The notes beneath the pieces were generated by a model that made no database searches, was not told where the DNA came from, and worked only from the letters and a program-made list of their open reading frames with translations. This document shows, piece after piece, positions 7,927-15,290 of a stretch of DNA of 19,679 bases; within the stretch, counting starts at the first letter, position 1, and every line of letters starts with the position of its first letter. The position numbers were made by a program, and so were the translations under genes. This stretch comes from Candidatus Zixiibacteriota bacterium (GTDB lineage: Bacteria > Zixibacteria > MSB-5A5 > WJJR01). The stretch lies in NCBI GenBank assembly GCA_036170655.1, contig JAVHPP010000024.1:1-19679 (forward strand), written 5' to 3'.

Positions 7927-8511
7927 ATGAAACGAATGATCGCAATTGTCCTGACTTTGGGATTGCTGGCCGGATGCCAGAAGAAGACAGAGACACAGCA
8001 ACAGGCTCAGACTGCGCCGCCCCCATCACCAGCGGAGACATCTCCTGCGAAAAACACCAATGAACGGCAAAAGCCGGCGATGCGGCCCTCTGACGCTCGC
8101 GTCACTGTTGACCCTGTTAACGTGTCAAAGGGGCAGAAGGGGAATTTCCAGATCAAGTATCAGGGTGTGGAAACAGCCAAGGCGATTGTGGTGCCTCTGC
8201 AGGTGCCGGCCGGAATGAAACTCGACTCGGCGTCTTTCGGTGGGTCGATCATCGCGTATCTGGCCAACAAGCCGGTCCGCATCAACAACGAATTACACAC
8301 GATCCTAATGGCTGCCATCCCCGTCACCGAGCCTCGTATCCCACCCAAGGAGGGGCTTCTGGCAACAGTGTATTTCACGATGTCGCCGGATGCCGTGTCG
8401 GGGAACATCAAGGAGACATTCGTTCCGCCAGGGAACTACTTGTCGTATGTCGATACGACCAACACATTGGTCGAACCGTATTTCGAAGGCGGACAAGTAA
8501 CCGTCAAGTAG
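7927..8511 (+). CDS. Lipoprotein with a Pro/Gln-rich linker and a C-terminal cohesin-like beta-sandwich
   Basis: GGAGG RBS; MKRMIAIVLTLGLLAG-C lipobox; linker QQQAQTAPPPSP; beta-rich domain with GLLATVYF and terminal F.GGQVTV, reminiscent of cohesin-type folds. Confidence 0.75.
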   Translation: MKRMIAIVLTLGLLAGCQKKTETQQQAQTAPPPSPAETSPAKNTNERQKPAMRPSDARVTVDPVNVSKGQKGNFQIKYQGVETAKAIVVPLQVPAGMKLDSASFGGSIIAYLANKPVRINNELHTILMAAIPVTEPRIPPKEGLLATVYFTMSPDAVSGNIKETFVPPGNYLSYVDTTNTLVEPYFEGGQVTVK

Positions 8512-8538
8512 CGCGTCGGCGTCGTTACGATTGATTCT

Positions 8539-8568
8539 GTCAGGGGCGTACAACCGTGCGCCCCTGAC
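8539..8568. repeat. REP-like GC-rich hairpin (possible terminator)
   Basis: GTCAGGGGCG-TAC-AACC-GTG-CGCCCCTGAC: 10-bp perfect stem extended by 3 pairs; no U-tract. Confidence 0.55.
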
Positions 8569-8612
8569 CCTATCCCGAGGAATCCTTCTCTGTCTGGTTA
8601 CACGCCCCACTC

Positions 8613-9191
8613 ATGGAGTCGTCACTTGTGAGTCATCAATCCGGTAGTGAGATGTCTCCCCGTGAGCGTTTACGGGATGGCCTGAACCGATTCGCCCTCA
8701 GGCGCGGCGACTTCGTTCTCGCCTCGGGCGCGCGTTCCAACTACTACGTCAACGTCAAGGAGATCTGCCTGAGAGGGGAGTACCTGCGACTGATCGGCGA
8801 ACTGCTGTGGTCGATGATGGAACCGTACGATCCCCAGGCCGTGGGCGGGATGACGCTGGGCGCCGATCCCATCGTCTCTGCCGTCACCCTGATCGCCGCC
8901 GAACGCGGCACCGACTGCCCCGCGCTGATCGTGCGCAAGGAGATGAAGGACCACGGCACGGGCCGTCAGATCGAAGGGCCATTTGCGCCGGCCATGCGTG
9001 TCGCTGTTGTCGAGGATGTTACCACAACCGGACAGTCAGCACGGCTGGCAGCCGATGCAATCATTGCCGCTGGTGGGTCAATCGTCGGTGTCTTCTCGGT
9101 TATGAATCGGGCGGCCGGGGCCGACCGGCTCTTCGCCGCTCTCGGCTGGCCATTCCACTCGATCTTCGGATTGTCCGACCTCAATCTTTGA
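8613..9191 (+). CDS. pyrE: Orotate phosphoribosyltransferase
   Basis: GDFVLASGARSNYYVN, GGMTLGADP, IVRKEMKDHGTG and PRPP loop VAVVEDVTTTGQS. Start 8613 or 8652. Confidence 0.95.
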   Translation: MESSLVSHQSGSEMSPRERLRDGLNRFALRRGDFVLASGARSNYYVNVKEICLRGEYLRLIGELLWSMMEPYDPQAVGGMTLGADPIVSAVTLIAAERGTDCPALIVRKEMKDHGTGRQIEGPFAPAMRVAVVEDVTTTGQSARLAADAIIAAGGSIVGVFSVMNRAAGADRLFAALGWPFHSIFGLSDLNL

Positions 9192-9197
9192 TCACGC

Positions 9198-10064
9198 TCA
9201 CCGTGTGATCAGGATCAGCACGCTCCCCAGCCAGAGAGCGCTGTTGATCAGCAACGGTACATCGGTCAGCAACGCCAGGGTGGGATTCCCGCCCTTTTGT
9301 TCCCCGTGAATCAGGTAGAGATAGCGGAAGACGCCGTAAAGAACGAAAGGCAGAGTCCAGATCAGCCGGTCGGTTCCGAATTTCTCCTGCGTATCGGGGG
9401 ATAATGTGTAGAGAGCGTAGGCCACAACCGTCGAAGCCGTCGTGACAGCGATCAATTGATCCAGCAGTTGCGTTGAGTAACCAGCCAGCGCGGCCCGATG
9501 GCGGGTTGCCTCTCCGCCCAGTGAAACAACCTCCCACCGCCGTTTGCCGAACCCCAGAAACAACGCCAACAGCAGTGTGCATACCACCAGCCAAGGTGAG
9601 ATCGCAACATGGATAGCTTCGGCACCGGCGACAGCGCGCAGGACAAATCCAAAGGCTACGGCCATGACATCGATGATGGGCACGCGCTTCAGACCGGCGG
9701 TGTAAACCACATTGATGGCAACATAGGCGAGGCAGGTTGCGAGAAACGGAATCGCCATCAAGAAAGCCGCGGCCAGCCCCCCCAACAGGAGCATGACCGC
9801 CACGGTTGCCGCGCTCGCCACGGATGTTCGCCCGGCGGCGATTGGCCGGTCGCGTTTTTGCGGATGCGCCCGGTCGCCCTCGCGGTCGCGGATATCGTTA
9901 AACAAGTAGACGGCGCTGGCCAGCGCACAGAAGATGGCGAACGCCTCGGCCGCTGAAAGGAGCGCGGCCGGATGATCGAATTGGCGGGCAAAGATCAGAC
10001 CGGCGAAGACCACCGTGTTCTTCACCCATTGTGCCGGGCGCATCGAACGGACTATATCCACCAT
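9198..10064 (-). CDS. UbiA-superfamily polyprenyl-phosphate phosphoribosyltransferase (decaprenyl-phosphate PRTase-like)
   Basis: MRPAQWVKN, YLFNDIRDREGDRAHPQKRDRPIAAG, LKRVPIIDV, KRRWE and YGVFRYL; multiple TM helices. Confidence 0.9.
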   Translation of the reverse strand: MVDIVRSMRPAQWVKNTVVFAGLIFARQFDHPAALLSAAEAFAIFCALASAVYLFNDIRDREGDRAHPQKRDRPIAAGRTSVASAATVAVMLLLGGLAAAFLMAIPFLATCLAYVAINVVYTAGLKRVPIIDVMAVAFGFVLRAVAGAEAIHVAISPWLVVCTLLLALFLGFGKRRWEVVSLGGEATRHRAALAGYSTQLLDQLIAVTTASTVVAYALYTLSPDTQEKFGTDRLIWTLPFVLYGVFRYLYLIHGEQKGGNPTLALLTDVPLLINSALWLGSVLILITR

Positions 10065-10083
10065 GACCGCTCTGGCCCCCCGC

Positions 10084-10248
10084 TCATCCGGACCGCCGAA
10101 TCAACTTGGACAGGCCCCAAAGGATCAAGGCCATGGACAAAAGATACATGCCAAACCGCCCCCGGATCAGGCCCGCATTCCGCAACAGAAAAAACACCCC
10201 AATCGCAATCAGGAAGAGTCCCGGAAAGAGCCGTCGCTGATTGTCCAT
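10084..10248 (-). CDS. Small 2-TM membrane protein (54 aa; DUF5668/LiaF-TM-like)
   Basis: GLFLIAIGVFFLLRNAGLI...LILWGLSKL pattern; fits between two co-oriented genes. Confidence 0.65.
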   Translation of the reverse strand: MDNQRRLFPGLFLIAIGVFFLLRNAGLIRGRFGMYLLSMALILWGLSKLIRRSG

Positions 10249-10302
10249 CGCCCTGAAGATTTCGCTCTGCCCACCAAGGCGGGTATCACCCCGCACGACC
10301 GA

Positions 10303-11508
10303 CTACGTGCTCGATACTTTCGGCAGTTCGCGCCGCGTGGCCTTATCCGTCCTCAGTCCCAAGGCGTAGTCCGCCTGAATAAGTTTCTGGACTTCCCGCG
10401 TGCCTTCATAAATCGACGAACCCTTCGCATTGCGGTAGAAACGTTCTACCGGGAATTCATCGGAAAACCCGTACGCGCCGTGGACCTGCACCGCATCAGC
10501 GGCCGCGGCCTCGGACTGTTCGCAGGCGATCCATTTGGCCAGCGCCGTCTCGCGTGTATTGGGCTGTCCCGTGTTCTTGAGCCACGCGGCCCTCAGCCAC
10601 AGCAGTCGGCTAAACTCAAACCCGGCGACCATCCGGGCGATCATCTCTTTGACCAATTGATGTTCCCCGATCGGGTGGCCAAAGGTCTTCCGCGTCTTGC
10701 AGTAATCCAGCGAAGCATCACGGCACGCACGGATCAAGCCCGTGGCGCCAGCCGCCACGGTGAAACGCCCCTGATCCAGACAAAACATGGCGATCTTGAA
10801 CCCCTGGCCAGTCTCTCCCAGGACATTCTCTCGCGGGACACGCACATCTGACAGCGAAATCGAACCGGTATTTCCGGCGCGCACACCGAGCTTGCCGTGG
10901 ATCGACTGCGTGGACAGACCGGGCATCCCCCGCTCAACCACGAAAGCGGTGATGCCTCCATGGTCACGACGTTTCATCTTCTCGCGGTCTGTCCAGGCGA
11001 AGACGAGCATCGTATCAGCGACATCCGCCAGCGAGATCCACATCTTCTCGCCGTTGAGGACGTAATTATCGCCATCGCGGTCAGCGGTCGTCTTGATACC
11101 AACCACATCGGAGCCGGCATCTGGCTCCGTCAGTCCAAAAGCGCCAATGCGCTCGCCGGACGCGAGGCCCGGCAGGTAATGGCGCTTCTGCTGATCATTA
11201 CCCCAAGTGAGCAGAGGAAGCGATACCAACCCGACATGGACCGAGAAAATTACGCGGACCGACGTGTCGGCGTATTCGGCCTCTTCGCAGGTCAGTCCCA
11301 GAGAAATATAGTCCATTCCCGCGCCACCGTACTCTCTGGGGAGACACAACCCAAGAAGGTCAGATTTTGCCATCTTCTTCAGCAGCGTGGGATCAAACTG
11401 CGCGGCGCGGTCGTGCTCACGGATGTTGGGCATCACTTCCTTCGCGCAGAAATTCCGGACCAGTTCCTGGACGGCACGGTGCTCATCGGTTAAAGTGAAA
11501 TCAATCAT
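10303..11508 (-). CDS. Acyl-CoA dehydrogenase family protein (substrate unknown)
   Basis: GAFGLTEPDAGSD, LNGEKMWIS, FGHPIGEHQ, QVHGAYG and IYEGTREVQ. AAGGGGAG RBS precedes ATG 11508. Confidence 0.95.
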   Translation of the reverse strand: MIDFTLTDEHRAVQELVRNFCAKEVMPNIREHDRAAQFDPTLLKKMAKSDLLGLCLPREYGGAGMDYISLGLTCEEAEYADTSVRVIFSVHVGLVSLPLLTWGNDQQKRHYLPGLASGERIGAFGLTEPDAGSDVVGIKTTADRDGDNYVLNGEKMWISLADVADTMLVFAWTDREKMKRRDHGGITAFVVERGMPGLSTQSIHGKLGVRAGNTGSISLSDVRVPRENVLGETGQGFKIAMFCLDQGRFTVAAGATGLIRACRDASLDYCKTRKTFGHPIGEHQLVKEMIARMVAGFEFSRLLWLRAAWLKNTGQPNTRETALAKWIACEQSEAAAADAVQVHGAYGFSDEFPVERFYRNAKGSSIYEGTREVQKLIQADYALGLRTDKATRRELPKVSST

Positions 11509-11604
11509 TGCTCTCCCCTTGTATGTTGGACAGGCCGCCATTGCGCGTCGCCTGAGTGCTCCGCGACCCCTGCGATCAGACATCCCGTTCGGACAACGTT
11601 GGAT

Positions 11605-11991
11605 TCACCGTGCTGCGATCGCGTCGATCTCCACCAGAGCGTCCTTCGGCAGCCGCCCCACTTGAACGGTGGCTCGTGCTGGCTTGACACCCGGAAAGAA
11701 CCGCTGGTAAACTTCATTCATTCGGACGAAATCACCAAGATCGACCATGTAGACTGTCGTTTTCAAGACGCGGTCCATCCCCGATCCCGCGCTTTCGAGC
11801 ACGGCTTTCACATTCTCAAGCGCCTGTGCCGTCTGTGCGCCGATGTCACGAGTGGTTATCTGGCCAGTCTGGGGATCAATCGAAATCTGGCCGCTGACAT
11901 AGACCGTTCCCTGGCCGTCATGAACGACACCGGGACTATAAGGCCCCACGGCGGCAGGAGCATTGGCTGGTGTAACAGAATGATGTCCCAC
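11605..11991 (-). CDS. ridA: RidA-family reactive intermediate/imine deaminase
   Basis: APAAVGPYS, VYVSGQI, KTTVY, F..MNEVY, PARATVQV (catalytic Arg) and LVEIDAIA. GTG start at 11991 after GAAGGGAG. Confidence 0.92.
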   Translation of the reverse strand: MGHHSVTPANAPAAVGPYSPGVVHDGQGTVYVSGQISIDPQTGQITTRDIGAQTAQALENVKAVLESAGSGMDRVLKTTVYMVDLGDFVRMNEVYQRFFPGVKPARATVQVGRLPKDALVEIDAIAAR

Positions 11992-12087
11992 AGGAATCTC
12001 CCTTCGCGGCATACCGGCCCCCGCGATCCACCCCAAGATGGGGACGGATGCGGCAAGGTCAATACGGAAGAACGGGAGGCAGGCAAT

Positions 12088-13098
12088 TTACCGAACTGTC
12101 ACGCCGGTATGGAGTTCGACGGCGGCATTCTGTCGCTTCAGCAAACCGATGAACGCGTCGAGGAGGATGGGATCGAACTTCCCGGCCTCGCGTCTCATGG
12201 TGACCAACGCCGGGTACCCGTCAATTGCTTCGCGGTAAACATGATGTGAGGTGATGGAGTCGAACGCTTCGGCAATCGCACAAATGCGCCCATACAGGTG
12301 AATGTCCGGGCCAGTGAGTCCGACCGGATAGCCGCTGCCATCCATGCGCTCCTGATGCTGGAGGACGGCAATCAAGACGTTGGGCCCGAACTGTCTGGTG
12401 TCGCGCAGGATCTCGACTCCCCACGCCGGCGCCCGTTTGATCAGATCATATTCTTCCTGCGTGAGGAGTCCGCGCTTCAGCAGGATACGGCGATTGATGC
12501 GTGACTGGCCGATGTCATGCAGCAGGCATCCCGCACTCAGATCATCCAAGTCATCCCGGTTGTCGATCCCCATCCGTAACGCCAGCGCGACCGACAGAAA
12601 ACAGACATTCACCGCATGGGCGGCCAGGGAGAATTCATGCGCGGCGACGGCCAAAAGCTCCGTGAGCGCGCCGGGTTTCTCTCGGAGGAACCGCGCCATC
12701 TGACCGGCCACCCGCCGTGTCCGTTCCCAGATGTTGCCGGGAAGTGACAGCGAAAAGGCATCTCCCATCAGCGATAGAGCACAGCGGTAAATGATGTCCG
12801 CCCGGCGGCGAAGCGGAATCCCGGCGTGGTCGGCCACATCCCAGAGATGTGCCTCGGTGTACTCATGGTAACGCTGTTCTCCATGAGATTGCGCAGTGAC
12901 GAGCACGCCTTGGACGCGCCGGTCCATCAGCGTGTGAAGCAACCGCCCATCCAGAACGACACCGGCACGCCGGAAGATCGTGACTTGTCCCTCGACCTTG
13001 ATGTAAATGTCGCATGGCAGGCGCGTGCCGATCTGCAGTGTCTCCACGGGAATCGGCCGAAAAGAACCATGACCTGTCTTGCTGCGCTTAGATTCCAT
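12088..13098 (-). CDS. HD-GYP domain protein with several degenerate metal ligands
   Basis: AAHAVNV, LLHDIG, HQERMDGSGYP and GKFDP. GGAG RBS precedes ATG 13098. Confidence 0.88.
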   Translation of the reverse strand: MESKRSKTGHGSFRPIPVETLQIGTRLPCDIYIKVEGQVTIFRRAGVVLDGRLLHTLMDRRVQGVLVTAQSHGEQRYHEYTEAHLWDVADHAGIPLRRRADIIYRCALSLMGDAFSLSLPGNIWERTRRVAGQMARFLREKPGALTELLAVAAHEFSLAAHAVNVCFLSVALALRMGIDNRDDLDDLSAGCLLHDIGQSRINRRILLKRGLLTQEEYDLIKRAPAWGVEILRDTRQFGPNVLIAVLQHQERMDGSGYPVGLTGPDIHLYGRICAIAEAFDSITSHHVYREAIDGYPALVTMRREAGKFDPILLDAFIGLLKRQNAAVELHTGVTVR

Positions 13099-13152
13099 GG
13101 CCAAGTCTCCCGAGGTACGCGACCACAGCGTCGAACACCCCCTCTGCTGTCT

Positions 13153-13180
13153 TTATCGGATTCGGAGAGTCTCGATTTGA
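13153..13180 (-). promoter_or_regulatory. Putative sigma28 (FliA)-type promoter of the HD-GYP gene
   Basis: Minus strand TCAAA-N15-TCCGATAA versus consensus TAAA-N15-GCCGATAA; ends about 55 nt upstream of the start. Confidence 0.45.
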
Positions 13181-13322
13181 GAAGGACGTGTTTTCACGCT
13201 GCGGGCGGAGGGACGGAACTTGGACGGCAGCCATGGCAGATTCGGCAGGATTTCTGATGACGAGAATTATAGAACTGCCGCTCGCTGTGGCTTATCTTTG
13301 ATACGAGAGGGTCCGGCGGACA

Positions 13323-13442
13323 ATGCCAACACGAACGAGCACAACCGGCAGTGAGCTCTTCATTGTTGACAACAGCAATGAAGATTGGAAGGTCGTGCGA
13401 TACTTGCACGACTGGTGCCGCCAACACCACCACTTGGGGTGA
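13323..13442 (+). pseudogene. N-terminal fragment of a probable PLD-domain/SNF2-type helicase gene
   Basis: MPTRTSTTGSELFIVDNSNEDWKVVRYLHDWC followed by RQHHHLG*. I recognise FIVDNS..DWKV..YL.DWC as the start of large PLD-helicase proteins (from memory, unverified). Confidence 0.6.
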
Positions 13443-13478
13443 AATGGCAAGTCGTACTGCGAGCCATGAGACAGCAAA

Positions 13479-13551
13479 TTGTGGTGCAGGCTTCCAGCCT
13501 GCAACCTCTCCAACAGATCCACAGACGCAGGCATGGATGCCTGCACCACAA
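13479..13551. repeat. Inverted pair of REP-like palindromes (REPIN-like)
   Basis: TTGTGGTGCAGGCTTCCAGCCTGC ... GCAGGCATGGATGCCTGCACCACAA: 13-bp perfect terminal inverted repeat, and each arm is its own GCAGGC/GCCTGC hairpin. Confidence 0.85.
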
Positions 13552-13635
13552 ATCCGCCTCATGGCCGAAATCGACAAGGTCATCGACGCCCATGGCGGTT
13601 GGTCCGGGGTGTTTGCGGTTGGAGATAAGAAATGA
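13552..13635 (+). pseudogene. C-terminal fragment of a probable Type ISP restriction-modification enzyme
   Basis: IRLMAEIDKVIDAHGGWSGVF...* resembles the terminal TIRLM.EID.VI..HGGWP motif of Type ISP-like enzymes (from memory, unverified). Confidence 0.6.
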
Positions 13636-13728
13636 CCGAACTGACAGAGCTGATCTGGTTTGTATTGCCGCCTGCCCCGTTCGCCGAAGCTGGCTGGGGG
13701 CTGGTTCCCGAGACCGGTCAACCGCCGT

Positions 13729-14355
13729 TCACTGACTGTAACTCTTCACGAGGTGGAGGATGCTCTGCAATGACGTTGTCACGTTGGACAAGACATCCGA
13801 ATAGCGGCGGATCAGTTCGGTGTACTGCCAGCGCATGGCAAACGCTTTCGGGGGAAACTCGAAAATGTCCATCAGAACACGGCCGTGGATCTCGTCGATG
13901 TAACGGATGACGTCATAAGGATACTCGCCGGCATCCTCGTGCGTGGCTTCGCCACGGGTCAGACGGTCGCGGAACATTTCCACTTTCTCGAGGATGACCG
14001 TCCCGAAGCACCAAGGCGTCATGATGACACCGAGATTCTGACGGTCGGTGTAGAAAGACTGGATGGATTTGAGAAGGAGTTCCACAATGATGCGCCTTGC
14101 CCGGAAGTAGGAGAGCGTCTCCGGATGATCCGCTGTGCAGGTATCAATGGCGGAATGAAGACGTTCGAGTTCGACAGAGCACCGGGATCCCAAAAGCTCG
14201 AGGAACTGGTAGTAGTCCTCGAAATAAACCTTGATGTTCTCCGACAGCGTCATGATGTAGTATCCGCGGCCATCCTTTTTCACCTTGGGTTCGCTCTGGT
14301 TGGCCAATCGCGATGGCGAGAAACCGCGTTCACAAGCTGTCAATGTTGAGATCAT
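13729..14355 (-). CDS. Hypothetical soluble, probably alpha-helical protein (208 aa)
   Basis: Long ORF with coding-like codon bias and a GAAGGGAG RBS; no family motif recognised. Alternative start 14253. Confidence 0.8.
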   Translation of the reverse strand: MISTLTACERGFSPSRLANQSEPKVKKDGRGYYIMTLSENIKVYFEDYYQFLELLGSRCSVELERLHSAIDTCTADHPETLSYFRARRIIVELLLKSIQSFYTDRQNLGVIMTPWCFGTVILEKVEMFRDRLTRGEATHEDAGEYPYDVIRYIDEIHGRVLMDIFEFPPKAFAMRWQYTELIRRYSDVLSNVTTSLQSILHLVKSYSQ

Positions 14356-14399
14356 CAGCGCTCCCTTCTCGGGTTGATCGTGTCTCTTGCTTGTCTATG

Positions 14400-14415
14400 G
14401 GCAACATCCATGCCG
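14400..14415 (-). promoter_or_regulatory. Putative sigma54 -24/-12 promoter of the hypothetical gene
   Basis: Minus strand CGGCATGGATGTTGCC (GG-N10-GC, GGCA...TTGC), about 45 nt upstream of ATG 14355. Confidence 0.6.
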
Positions 14416-14663
14416 CCCACCGGGAGGCCGATGCCATAGCAACATGGCCCACCGGGAAGTTGACCGAGAGGGGACCGGCAGCAGCCAACACGCGAGACTG
14501 TAAGGAGATACGGGGTCGAAGCAGACGTCACATCCCACACCCCCATGGGAGGACCGAAGGCGGAAACATGAAAACACATTCTTTCCCCTTGGTTGTGACG
14601 CACCTCTGATTTCATTTTGCGCAAAGTGTTTCACCACGCGCGGGGACGAAAGAAGGGCTGGTC

Positions 14664-15116
14664 ATGATGGATCAACAGGATACGCCGGGGATGCCCGGCC
14701 GCGTACTGGCAGTGGACTATGGACGCCGTCGCGTCGGGTTGGCCATCTCCGACCCGACCGGCACCATCGCGACCGGACTTGAAACGTTGGAAGTCTCCAG
14801 TGAAACCGAAGCCGTGAAGAGAATCGCGAGCGAACGCAGCCGCTGGGAGTATTGTAGGATCATTGTCGGCCTCCCGTTGCGAACCACCGGGCAGGCCGGA
14901 CAGATGGCCACCGAGGTGTTGTCCTTTGCTGAGAAGTTGCGCGCGGCATCCGGCGTCCCGGTCGAGACGATTGACGAACGCTTCACATCGGCAGAGGCCC
15001 AGCGAATGCTCCACGAGACAGGACGCAAGCTGAAAGGGAACAAAGGTCAGGTCGATCGCCTGGCAGCAGAAGTTCTGCTCCGCTATTACCTCGAGACTCA
15101 TCCGACCGCGGGGTGA
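14664..15116 (+). CDS. yqgF: YqgF/RuvX nuclease (pre-16S rRNA maturation / Holliday junction resolvase-like)
   Basis: VLAVDYGRRRVGLAISD, IIVGLP, DERFTS and VDRLAAEVLL. Confidence 0.95.
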   Translation: MMDQQDTPGMPGRVLAVDYGRRRVGLAISDPTGTIATGLETLEVSSETEAVKRIASERSRWEYCRIIVGLPLRTTGQAGQMATEVLSFAEKLRAASGVPVETIDERFTSAEAQRMLHETGRKLKGNKGQVDRLAAEVLLRYYLETHPTAG

Positions 15117-15118
15117 CC

Positions 15119-15286
15119 GTGACGAATAGCCGCCCCCGAATCACCACCACGGAAGGATTGATGGAACTGGCGCGCGAGCTCACCGCTTTTGTGCTCGCCC
15201 TGATCCTGCTCGTCCCGGCGGGATTTATCCGCCTGATCGACACGATCAGTTCCCGGATCATCAGAAGACGCGGCGGATTGGACTGA
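15119..15286 (+). CDS. Small single-TM ORF (55 aa) between yqgF and mltG, or a frameshifted N-terminal extension of MltG
   Basis: GTG 2 nt after the yqgF stop. Translation: MTNSRPRITTTEGLMELARELTAFVLALILLVPAGFIRLIDTISSRIIRRRGGLD*. The stop lies 4 nt before mltG. Confidence 0.55.
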   Translation: MTNSRPRITTTEGLMELARELTAFVLALILLVPAGFIRLIDTISSRIIRRRGGLD

Positions 15287-15290
15287 CGAT

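Noticed and set aside
13351..13910. Track ORFs 13351-13635, 13385-13735, 13194-13721 and 13632-13910 as real genes
   Set aside because: They read through the palindromic repeat (giving AGWKPAPQ/VVQASSLQ-type repeat translations) or overlap the convergent gene, and are better explained as scar sequence.
14439..14453. Second sigma54 promoter on the minus strand
   Set aside because: Spacing is GG-N11-GC; sigma54 requires N10.
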